Assembly: GCA_963840035.1 (NCBI GenBank)
Contig: CAWIXE010000002.1
Coordinates: 800,001-864,000, forward strand
Origin: a candidate division FCPU426 bacterium
Lineage (GTDB): Bacteria > Oederibacteriota > PGYV01 > Palsa-1178
Direction of reading: 5' to 3'
DNA length: 64,000 bases
This document shows, piece by piece, positions 29,754 through 39,674 of this stretch. Positions within the stretch are counted from its first letter, which is position 1. Each line of letters opens with the position of its first letter. The translations under genes and the position numbers were made by a program. The notes below the pieces were generated by a model that made no database searches, was not told the origin of the DNA, and was given only the letters and a program-made list of their open reading frames with translations.

Positions 29754-30803
29754 TTACCCCGCAAATTGGTTGACATTTTGTTCTCCGGATTTGATCAAAC
29801 ACAACCCCATATCTACAACTGATTTTACCACGGCCTTCCTCACAACGTCAAGTTTATCCAGTCCCGGTATTTTCTGTTTTTCAATTTCCGCAATCGCATT
29901 TTCAGCTTTTTTAATTAGCTCATGCTTTTCTTCGTTTTTGTATATTTCTCCGTTTTTGAAAACTTCAGCGCTTGTTTTGCCGTCAAATATACGCCGCGGC
30001 ATTTCGTGATTAATCTCATAAATCGCTCTTTCAAATTTGGCGTATACTTTTTCGTAATTTAACCCTCCTTTTTCAGTTTTCAGATATTTCTCAAATATCT
30101 GATTTTCGCGCTCCAGTTTCCCGTTGAAAAGCGGATAATGCCCGGGGCTGGGCATCGTGAGAATCTCTTTTTCTTTCAAATAACTTATTAATACTTCGTT
30201 CTGAAACTCAGAACCCCTGTCAGTTTTAACCACAAGCGGTTTTATTCCCTGCTCGTTCATCACGCGTTCAAGCAGGATTTTCGCCTTTTCACCGGTATTT
30301 GAATAACTCATAATCCAACCAAGCACACACCTTGAGTACTCCTCAAATACCAGCTGAACATACACATACCCTTCTTCGCAGCGTATTTTAATCGTATCTA
30401 GCGCCCAGCTGACATGCTTTTTTAGCCATTCAACTGACTTGTACTCTTTCTTTCCCGCTTTTTGCTTTTTCCTGGGCCCAAAATACTCATAAACTATTTT
30501 TGCAACGCTGCTTGGCGATATACCCGCTTTTATTGCCAAAACATAATTAGTTGATATTTCCGAAAACCTCCGTTTTAATTCCAGCACCCGGAGTATTGTT
30601 TCACCAGACAAGGCCCACGGCGCATGTTTCGGCCCTGTCTTTTGGGGTTCCAGGGTATCTTTCTTTTTCCACGCATAATAATACTCCCTTGGAACCCCGA
30701 TTGAATCAAAATACGCCTTTATACTTCCTCCGTTTTGTACGGTTTCTTCGGCACTTCTGAGTATATTTCTTTTAACACTTTCCGCATATTGGCGTTTTTT
30801 TTT
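29754..30803 (-). CDS. IS3-like OrfB (rve/DDE), reached by -1 frameshift from OrfA
   Basis: WALDT, EEYSR, KTDRGSEF, NGKLER. The -1 frame is open from the A9C run (KKRQYAESVKRN...WALSGETILR); the stop lies inside the IR. Confidence 0.82.
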   Translation of the reverse strand, partial: KKKRQYAESVKRNILRSAEETVQNGGSIKAYFDSIGVPREYYYAWKKKDTLEPQKTGPKHAPWALSGETILRVLELKRRFSEISTNYVLAIKAGISPSSVAKIVYEYFGPRKKQKAGKKEYKSVEWLKKHVSWALDTIKIRCEEGYVYVQLVFEEYSRCVLGWIMSYSNTGEKAKILLERVMNEQGIKPLVVKTDRGSEFQNEVLISYLKEKEILTMPSPGHYPLFNGKLERENQIFEKYLKTEKGGLNYEKVYAKFERAIYEINHEMPRRIFDGKTSAEVFKNGEIYKNEEKHELIKKAENAIAEIEKQKIPGLDKLDVVRKAVVKSVVDMGLCLIKSGEQNVNQFAG

Positions 30804-31225
30804 GCGCCGTCTTCATCGTTTTTTTCAAAGAAGCTCGTTGCTTTCCTGGCTATCTGCAGTTCCTGTGTCGCCTTTTTCTTTTCTTCCTCCAGTATCCGGA
30901 TCTTTTCCTCCAGCTTCCGCTGTTCTTCCTGCGCCTTTGTCACTGTTTCCCTCAGATCCTCTTCCTTCACGTAGTTCTTCGGCTTCCTGCCTCTCTTCTC
31001 CGTCTTCAGGAACGCCCTGGCTATCCCTTCCAGCGCTATTTTCTTCCACTCCCGGAACGTCTCCCTCGATATATCCATCTCCTCGCAGACCTGTTTCACC
31101 TTCTTTTCCTTTGCCATTACTTTCAGTACTGCCTGAAACTTCACCTCGTATGGGATTTCCCTGTAGTACTTCGTGGATTTCTGTTCCATCATTTCCTGCT
31201 GAATTTTCTCCTGTTCCATTTTCAA
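30719..31225 (-). CDS. IS3-like OrfA (HTH plus coiled coil)
   Basis: YEVKFQAVL...KQVCEEMDISRETFREWKK HTH, leucine-zipper-like LEEKIRILEEEK, ending near A AAA AAA AAC. Confidence 0.82.
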   Translation of the reverse strand: MKMEQEKIQQEMMEQKSTKYYREIPYEVKFQAVLKVMAKEKKVKQVCEEMDISRETFREWKKIALEGIARAFLKTEKRGRKPKNYVKEEDLRETVTKAQEEQRKLEEKIRILEEEKKKATQELQIARKATSFFEKNDEDGAKKNANMRKVLKEIYSEVPKKPYKTEEV

Positions 31226-32399
31226 TTACCCCCTTATTTTCTTTATTTTCCTTTTTTTCCTCCACTGCATCTAACCCCTCAACCATAACACTTCCTTCTT
31301 TTGCTATTACCCGTATTTCTTTTCCGCCTATTTTTCCGATTAAATACATAGGCTCTTTTAATTTTCTCGGGTCAACAATTAGCGCGTCTTTTACCATTCC
31401 TGCCCCTTTTTCCATAACTTCACGCACCGACTTTTCAACGCTGAAAAACCTGTCAGCAGGCAGTAACCCATCAATCCCCTGATGCGGCCTTTTGAAGTTA
31501 TACCATTCCACCCATTTTCCTATCTTTTCCTGCGCGTCTTCAAAGCTGGATATCGGCTCTTTACTTAGTAATTCCTGGTACATATTCCGCCAGAGCGATT
31601 CAACTTTTCCGCAGGTTTGGGGATGATACGGCCGGCTTCTCAAATGGCTTATTCCGCTTCTTGTAAGGAATTTTTGAAATGTGCTTTTCCCCCTCCAACT
31701 GGCAAACTGCCTGCCGTTATCAGTAAGCACTTCTTTTGGCATGCCGTACTTTTCTATCGCGTTTTTTAGCACATCCAGGACCCTGTCGCTGGTTTGGTTC
31801 CGAAATACCCCTATACTGACGACAAACCGCGAATAATCATCCAGACATGCTATTACATATATCCGGTACAGCCCCTGCAGCATAAATGTCATTATATCCA
31901 TCTGGTACATGTCGCCGGGTTTGCTTCTTTCAAAACGCTGCGGTTCCTTTTGACTATTTCCATGCCGCAGGCTTTTTTCCTGTACCATTGTTGCTGTCTG
32001 AGGGTCGGTTCGGAGGACTTTTTCAATACCGTCGCGGCATACTTTTACGAACTTATTGCGCATCAAATAATCCCCGATTTTCTTAACTCCAATTCCGGGA
32101 TTTTCCAGCTTTAATTTGACTATTTCCGCTTTTACCGCTTCCGGTACTTCCTGCGCTACTTTGCCGCCGCGGTTATCTTCCAGCCCCTCTTCACCGCCTG
32201 TTTTGTACCTTTCTTGCCAGCTTTTAAAAGTACCGACGCCCATTCCATACCACTTACAGAACATAGTAATAGGCGCACCTATCTGTTCAAATTCTTTTAG
32301 CAGTTTTAGTTTTTCTTCTTTTGAGTAGATTTTACCGGCGGAGTCGCTTTTTGTGTATTTTCTCTTTCCCTTTTCTTTCTTTTTCTTCATGAACCACAT
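30825..32399 (-). CDS. IS481-like transposase (HTH-HTH-rve) with a long tail overlapping OrfA
   Basis: KSWQERYKTGGEEGL, YQMDI, LDDYSRF, LTDNGRQF, HPQTCGKVE, WYNFKRPHQGI. Confidence 0.9.
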   Translation of the reverse strand: MWFMKKKKEKGKRKYTKSDSAGKIYSKEEKLKLLKEFEQIGAPITMFCKWYGMGVGTFKSWQERYKTGGEEGLEDNRGGKVAQEVPEAVKAEIVKLKLENPGIGVKKIGDYLMRNKFVKVCRDGIEKVLRTDPQTATMVQEKSLRHGNSQKEPQRFERSKPGDMYQMDIMTFMLQGLYRIYVIACLDDYSRFVVSIGVFRNQTSDRVLDVLKNAIEKYGMPKEVLTDNGRQFASWRGKSTFQKFLTRSGISHLRSRPYHPQTCGKVESLWRNMYQELLSKEPISSFEDAQEKIGKWVEWYNFKRPHQGIDGLLPADRFFSVEKSVREVMEKGAGMVKDALIVDPRKLKEPMYLIGKIGGKEIRVIAKEGSVMVEGLDAVEEKKENKENKGVIENGTGENSAGNDGTEIHEVLQGNPIRGEVSGSTESNGKGKEGETGLRGDGYIEGDVPGVEENSAGRDSQGVPEDGEERQEAEELREGRGSEGNSDKGAGRTAEAGGKDPDTGGRKEKGDTGTADSQESNELL

Positions 32400-32490
32400 A
32401 TATTTTACCTCCTCTTTCGTTGAATTTCCAGAGGTAAAATGTCAACCTATTTCAATGGGTTAGCAGTTATGATAATTGACGGCTAGGATA

Positions 32491-35400
32491 ATGAAAAGCG
32501 CCAGGTCATAACTGCCGTTTGCCAGCGATGATATGTCCCACACAGCCAGTTTGCCGCCGCTGTTTATCTGCATGTTCTTTGCAGTGGTTGTCACGGCGCC
32601 TCCGGTGTATTCCTCTGGCAGTTCCAGATATGTGTATCCTTCATCAGGATTTCCGTTTTCATCCATAACCACATAGTCAGACGGCCTGTATCCGAGCATA
32701 TATCCCCTGAAAGCCTCGCCGCCGGTGGCGATCCCGGTCACTGCAAGAGTATCACCGTCTGCCTCCGCGTTTAACACCATATCATCAGAGGCGGCTTTTC
32801 CGCCTATCTGGTTTATCTGCGGCACTATCCTTCCTTTTACTATATAGCACGTGCCGGCGCATTCATTGCCGAAAACATCCTGAACGCGTATTTCCGCCCT
32901 GTAAACGCCGTCAGGTACATATCCGTAACCGCTCCCCATATCGCCCATGCCGTCCCATGTGATGCCGTTAACCGGCGCTGAAAGCACACTGCGGTATTGT
33001 GAAGTATTCGCTGTATCCGTCAGGAAGTTATAAAAATAATATTTTTCTCCCCTGTACTCGTCTATGTCGCCGTATATGCCTGAGTAGCGCAGGGTTATGG
33101 CTTCCTTTTTTTCTATGCCGTCGTATAATTCCCTGACGACCTTTCTCTGCGACGGATTGCTTTCATTTGTGGTAATTCTTACATCAGCGTATACATACTT
33201 TGAAGTGGCTGCCATGGGCGTAAAGTATATGGCTGTGCATGTCCTGCCCTTTGACTCCTCTTCAGGGTTGAAAATAAACGGAGAGGCATACGGAGGGTAG
33301 CGCAGTACAGGCGGTTTGTCTGCCGGAAGAAGATAGTACTTTCCTTTTGCCTGAGCCACCTTTGTCATGGCAGTATAAGCGCCGGCAGGCTTCTGCGTCC
33401 CGGCTATGAGCGCCCTTGCTGTGGTGGTGACGCACTGCGCGCCGCATGTATTGCTCTCTGTCTCGTTATATATACCCAGATTATCAGCGATTATACTTTT
33501 TGCCTTTGCCTTTTCATCCGCGTACACATAATCAGCCGAACCTGATGACAATCCAAATATGGAATCAAGCCCGGGTATGTCAAGGTCTTCATCAGTGTAT
33601 CTTATGGTTATCTGCAGAGGCTCCGCATTATCGTACAGCAGTGTTGTATCCAGCGCGGGATATATGCCGTACTTGGATGTTATGGCGCTGTACATATCCG
33701 ACATAAGCGGCGGGCTGCAGGGTATGTTTTCAGAGTAGACATTTACGTACTGTGTATCCTTTACTTTCCACGCAGGAACAAAAAGCTCAAACTTTATGTA
33801 CGGGTCTGTCACTATGGTGCCTGCCGTGTTTGATACGTCTATAGGCGTGCCTATGGTCAGCTGCGCCCTGTCAACTTCCGCGTCCGCGCAGTCAGAGACG
33901 TAGTCATATCCCATGTTCACGTCGCTTATGGTAGTGCGTATGGTGTACTTGCCGTAGAGCCTTTTTGACCACACGTCCCATGCGGTCATAACCTGAAATA
34001 ACGGCCCTTCTTTCCTCTGATTTGAGGCTGTTATGCCGCCGTCAGTAGAAAAATATGTGCAGGAAGTATTTGCTTTATCTATCCAGCCGGGCGCGTATTC
34101 CATGCGCCACTCGCTTAGCTTTAGCGCGTCAGCGCCTCCCATGGCTGTGATAAATGACCTTCCGGTATATCTGCTTTTAAGCTTAAACCTAAACTGCCCG
34201 GAAGCGGGCACTTTATTGTCTGTGATTTCAGACCCGTTTATATCTGCCATGACAAGGTCAGGGTTTATAGTGTCGTCAGGATAGGTTACCCTCACGTCTT
34301 TTCCGCCGCATCCGGCCGCGGTTATGACATCGCTCATGGCGCTTTCCCCGAGCCGTGCTGAAAGGAAATTAATGATACCTCCGCCCTGAGCCGCGATACT
34401 CGCGCCTATCCCGAACAAGCCGTTATCATATGCCTTCCACTTGTATGATGTCATGGGCACAGCGCGCGAGCCGTCCTGCGGGAAGGATGTACCTGCAAGG
34501 TATGCTGTGAATTTCTTTTCCACTGTATACCCTCCGGCGTTCATGGTCCAGACATTTATGTTGTTTTTCCCGGCGTGCGGCAGGGGTATGTCCAGCGCCC
34601 AGTCAGCCTTGCCGCGCTTGCCGTCTGCCGTGGTCATCAGGGTGGTGTCTATTTTCAGGATTGTTGTTACCACCGGGCCGTTATCAGCCTGCCCGTACAC
34701 CTGTATGAACTGCGGGAAGTAATCAGAGGCCCACCCTTCCACATGCAGTATGGCCCTGTCAGTGCTTACCCCGCGTATAGCACCATCATAACTCTCCAGC
34801 GGCTTTTCCGCCTGCGGCCTGTAGGGATAAAAGACCCCTATTTCACCCGGCTCATCTATATCCTTCATAATCTGCTCGGGGTTCATCTGCTGACCCTTAC
34901 CGTAGCTTAAGGAACTCAGCATTTCATTTAGCAGTTCACCGAGGAACGGTATGAAATCAAGCTTTATGGGTATGGGCAGTTCCAGCTTCGGGAAATCAGG
35001 AAGTTTTAGTTCCTTCATTATTGCCGTGCCTTTTTTCGACACCTCATCACGCATGTTTTTTATAACCGGATTGTCGCTTCCAAGCTGATTTTGCACTGTA
35101 TTCAAGAGATTTCCGGGTTTTGTATTAAATATTGAAACTATTATTGGCCCTATGTTTGTAATGCCGCTTGTTATTGGCTCAGGTACATAGTGTAACATTT
35201 TCAATAAATCACCTATCAGACCCATCATTTCTTCATCCAGTGTCACAGGAGCCTTATCAGAACCGCCGCTTGCCTTTATGGTAAGTCTTTTTAGTTTTGA
35301 AAGGTTCGCGGATACAGCGGATAAATTCCTGTTACTGAATGTATCAAGCCATTTCCCGCCTTTTTGTATATCACTCTTTGTGCCGTCATACTTTTCTATA

Positions 35401-38400
35401 TAGTCTGCCACCTTTGTAGCCATGTCCCATATCTCTTTTTCCCAGTCTATGTCTTTTAAATCAGGTATAGAACTTGATTCACAACCGCCCAGTATGGACT
35501 TGGTTACAGTCTCAGAGCTTATCATGCTCTCTAACTGACTTGCTGTTATTTTATTTCCGCCAAACCCGGGAAAATTATTTCCACCCGGTATTTTATCTGT
35601 CAGTTTATCAAGCTCTGATGCACCTGCTTCCATGGCTTTACTTACTGCCCCATCTACTGCTTTAAAAGCATAGGCTTTTATGGTTCCCTCTGCCCATGTC
35701 TTGCCGTATCCGATGGCCCCCTGTAAAAGGTACTGAGCAAATCCCGGATTAGAAGTCATCTGCAATCCGCCAAGCAGAGCCATGCCTATGCTTACCTTAT
35801 TTGCTATTTTCTGGAATTCCATAACCCTGTCTATGGCTTCCTGATCTATCCCGCCCGCGCCGAGAAATGCGCCCGCGATGGCCACGCTTGCCAGGTCATC
35901 TGCCATTTGCATGTTATTTGTATTTCCCATGCCGTTGGGGTCTGTTAAGTAATTTAATACAGCGTTTCCGGACATACCGTCTGCTATTATCTTTGAGTTT
36001 GCGGGCGTATCTTCTGCATTGCCTTTTGGCATTATCATGTTCATAGCCCCGTCTAAGCCGGTGTCTATGGTATCACACGCGTTAAATTTTATATTATCAA
36101 GACCTTTGCTCATGTCGAGCTTGACGAAAAGAAGCTGGGGCGGTTTTACCCCCCTGAAATTCAGGCTTAAGTTAAACATCCCGGATAACTGCTTCCATAC
36201 ATCCGGCCCCTGAAGCTTATCAGGAAACCAGGCTATCTTCCACTTGGATAAATCCAGCCCCCATTTAAGTCCGCGTAAATCAGGCCGTGGTATTGCTTTT
36301 AATATCCCGGACAAATCAGGAACCTGCATACCAGGTATCCTGAATAACTTCCACAAATCAATCCCCGATAACTGCGGTAATATGCACAAATCCTGCCCCT
36401 GGTCATTTTTTAATCCAAGGTCACTTATAAAAGAAGCTAGCGTTGCCCCTGAAGCTATTTTCCCCGCCACAAAATCCGCGCTTTGCATGTTCACGCTTTT
36501 TAATCTTAACTTGTCACTTTCAGACATACAGGACAAATTGAGGTTGGGTAGCAGGTCTTTAATCGCTGCAAGAAGATCAAAACTGCCGAAGTTGATGTTA
36601 AGTTTGCTTAAAAGATCTTTCCAGTTTATTTTTAAGTCAGGAGCCTGGAAATCAAGGTTAAAAGAACTTGAGACCGAAGTCCCGGTTAAGGGTTTTACGA
36701 TACCTGTGTAATCCTGTCCTATTTTTTCAGGGTCAGCATCCGCGGATTTTATCATTGAAAATATATTAGTTTCATCCGAGCCAAGAACGCTGTGCTCATA
36801 CCCTTCCGCTTCATATAATCCATTATCTTTAAGTACAGGTGATTCTACAACTTGATCATTGAATGCCGCGTTATATTTGTCACTTACCTGCACGGCCAAA
36901 ACAATCGGGATAGACTCATTATTTTTAACGTTCGAGAGCAAAGAATCATATTCGGCTTTAGATATTTTTCCTTGGATTATTTCGGGGTATTCAGGATTAT
37001 TTTTTATTACATCGTATTTTATTATAGGTACTTCGTTTGCTTTTGGAAACTTTTTGTTCTTTAACGTTATTAATTTAGCGCTTAACTCTTCAGTAAAATA
37101 CAATCTTACGTCTAGGACGTTTTTATTGTCAGCACCTTTTGGCGGCTTTGATGCTTTTACACTTCTCAAAAAAAGATTGTTTTCAAATTTTACATTACCC
37201 CATTCAATCTGATAAACCGGATTACACCCCTGCATTATTTCAACCCGTTTTAGATAAACAGGACGCCACTTATAAAACTTTTCCAAGATGTCCTCTTCAG
37301 ACCAATTTTGGTCGCTTAGATACATAGCCCCCCCATGCGCTCATACCGCATTTGGAACCATTTAATAAGTCCGGCGGAACAGCTACGTCTGCTTCATCGA
37401 CAATATTTTCATGCAGATATGATTGAGCTTGTTTTATGACATTTTGTGAGCTTTGAATTATAGTATTTTTTGCGTTTTTCCCGGTTGAGTATCCAAATAC
37501 GTTAGTTAATAAATACGGAATTACCACTTTGTCATAGACACGCGTTCTTTTGAAATCATCTTTACTCATCAGTATTTTATTGAACCAAAAAGCCTTAACG
37601 TAGTATCTGATGTTTCCGTCCTGACTGATGGGCTTTGCTATATCATTTATGGCAAGGTTTATTAAATCCTTTGTTTTACTGCTGCCATAAAATGTTTTAT
37701 AAGGGATATAGTATTTCTGGCTGTCAGTATAACCATTTACTTTTATGTCCACATCAGAATTATTGTATGATTCATGTAATAATAAAGTGTAAGCCGCAAC
37801 AGCAAGCGCTTTAAAGCCATTTAAATATTTCGTGTCAGAAAAATCAGCATCACCAACCAGCCCATATAGTACGCCTTTTAAGTAATCTCTGATATCAACA
37901 TTCAGTATTTCAGGAGACGGAGTCGGTATAGGCACGCCAGTCTGAACAACCGTCGGAGTAATTGTTCCTGTTTCAATACTTGTAGCCGATGAACATGGTG
38001 TTAATAACACGATTTCCGTCGATTCTTCCGTAGGTATTTGATGCAGATCTTTAATAATGACTTTGTTCAGATAAAATACTGTTGCTGTCGGTGTTGGCAC
38101 AGTCGGGGTTGTAGTGCCGGACGGAGTTGCAGTGATTTTGCCTGAATATAAAACGAATTCTTTTGGCACTATAACAATTCTATGATTAGTATCCGCCCCG
38201 CCAAGATTAGTTTCATCTTGATCCTCCTCTGACATTTTGCTCTCATAACTCAGCCATTTTCCGTCAGAAGTTCTTTTTGCAACAGTCTCTGGATCCCGGT
38301 CAAGTTTATCCTGCATAAGACTATGTGCTTCTACAAATAAAAAATATTTGTCACTATATTTCCTCGCTTCTTCATCTGACAACTCACAACTCCCGGTCCA

Positions 38401-39660
38401 TTTAGTATATACCGTGCCACCGGCATCAACCTCCATCGGGTCGAACCAGCCATCAACAGAATCCGGTTTAAATTCGACAGTAAATTTACTATCCTTAGCA
38501 TTTTTTTTAAGACCAACTGATATTTTCTCTTTTCGCCATTGGCCGTAGTATTTTACAGTCATTGCCTTGCTAAAAAACAGTGTAATTCTGATTTTTCCCG
38601 AACCAATATTTCCTGTTTTAGTAATGCTCATAGGACCGCGGGCGGTTTCTATTCCGTTCGAGTCTTTCGTTACAGGCCATTCAGCAGCATACACAGTCTT
38701 CCAGTCTGCAGGGGTTTTGTCAACTTTATTAAAATCTTCAAATGTTATCTGTTCTAATTTCACTTTTTTCAAATATGGCGGGGACATACGTCGTGGTTTG
38801 TAATTTTCACCGCCATCCGATCTTTCTATATTGCATGATTCATAGTTTGCATTTGTTTTTAGTGTATACGCGCAATTAAAGACCCTCGGCATATTTCCAG
38901 ACAAATACTGATTATCAGAAGCATCTATCGTGTTTAAGGTATTTGCACTTGGTGGCTCAATCGCAATCGCAACATGATTTTTATTAGCTAACGGCCTTAT
39001 TATTAAGTCTCCGGGTCCTATTTCATTCCACATTAAGGGATCAGAAAAAATATCATTCGCAAGATGTCCTACCCCCGGATGCCATGCAATTCCGTTGGTC
39101 TTTACTATCAATGGAATTCCATAACAATTTGCAACAAGTCCTGAACAATCAATCCCGGTATAATCATACATTTCATATTCGCCATTAATCGGCGGACGAT
39201 AATTTGGATAAGGAGGATTATTTACAAGGTTCGAATCGTAAATTACGTTATATCCTCCCGCAAGACATTGCGGCCTTCTATTTGGAGTTAGGTTTGATAA
39301 CAATTTTCCGCCAGTCAGTTGTCTTCCGCCATCGCCCATGATTTCAAGCGAATCGCGCAAACCATAGCCATATGGGACGCCTGTATATAAATATCCTGCA
39401 GGAACTACATTGCCGGAATTATCAACCGCACCGACACCGTCGGGGAAGAATGGAAAAGGTGTAGCATTATTTCTATCACTTCCATCTACATTGGAAATGT
39501 CAGCATGCAATGTATTTGTAAACACCCTGGCGTTTGTTATGGAACACTTCCATTTATGATCACGGTAGCTTTTTGCCACTTCAACGACGTCATTCCCGTC
39601 TTTGGCAATTAATTCGCTACAAAACACACAAATCAGAAAAAAACTTAATAACTTTCTCAA
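32491..39660 (-). pseudogene. Giant secreted multidomain protein (NlpC/P60, duplicated novel domain, degenerate SpoIID-like, degenerate alpha/beta-hydrolase, Ig/FlgD-like); split at a G7 tract (37328-37334) and truncated by the element
   Basis: Signal peptide; GIDCSG...NHVAI; YLKGVL...KALAVAAYT. G6 instead of G7 fuses the two ORFs through GMSAWGAMYLSDQNWSEEDILEKFY (SpoIID C-terminal motif). Also ITWDGMGD...VPDGVYRAEI and WDISSLANGSYDL. Confidence 0.8.
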
Positions 39661-39674
39661 AAAAACACCTCGGT

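Larger units (their letters stand above)
29726..32490 (-). mobile_element. 2,765-bp IS-like element with about 55-bp imperfect IRs carrying two DDE transposase systems
   Basis: Ends TGTCCTGCCTGTCAATTATTGTCACT...GGTTGACATTTT (+, 29726) and TATCCTAGCCGTCAATTATCATAACT...GGTTGACATTTT (-, 32490); interrupts coding sequence on both sides; no target duplication seen. Confidence 0.85.

Noticed and set aside
30802..31482. 226-aa plus-strand Ser/Pro-rich ORF
   Set aside because: Antisense shadow of purine-rich transposase coding sequence.
27276..32490. Composite transposon carrying ribH-nusB between the two IS elements
   Set aside because: The elements belong to different families with unrelated ends, and ribH-nusB is ordinary chromosomal synteny.
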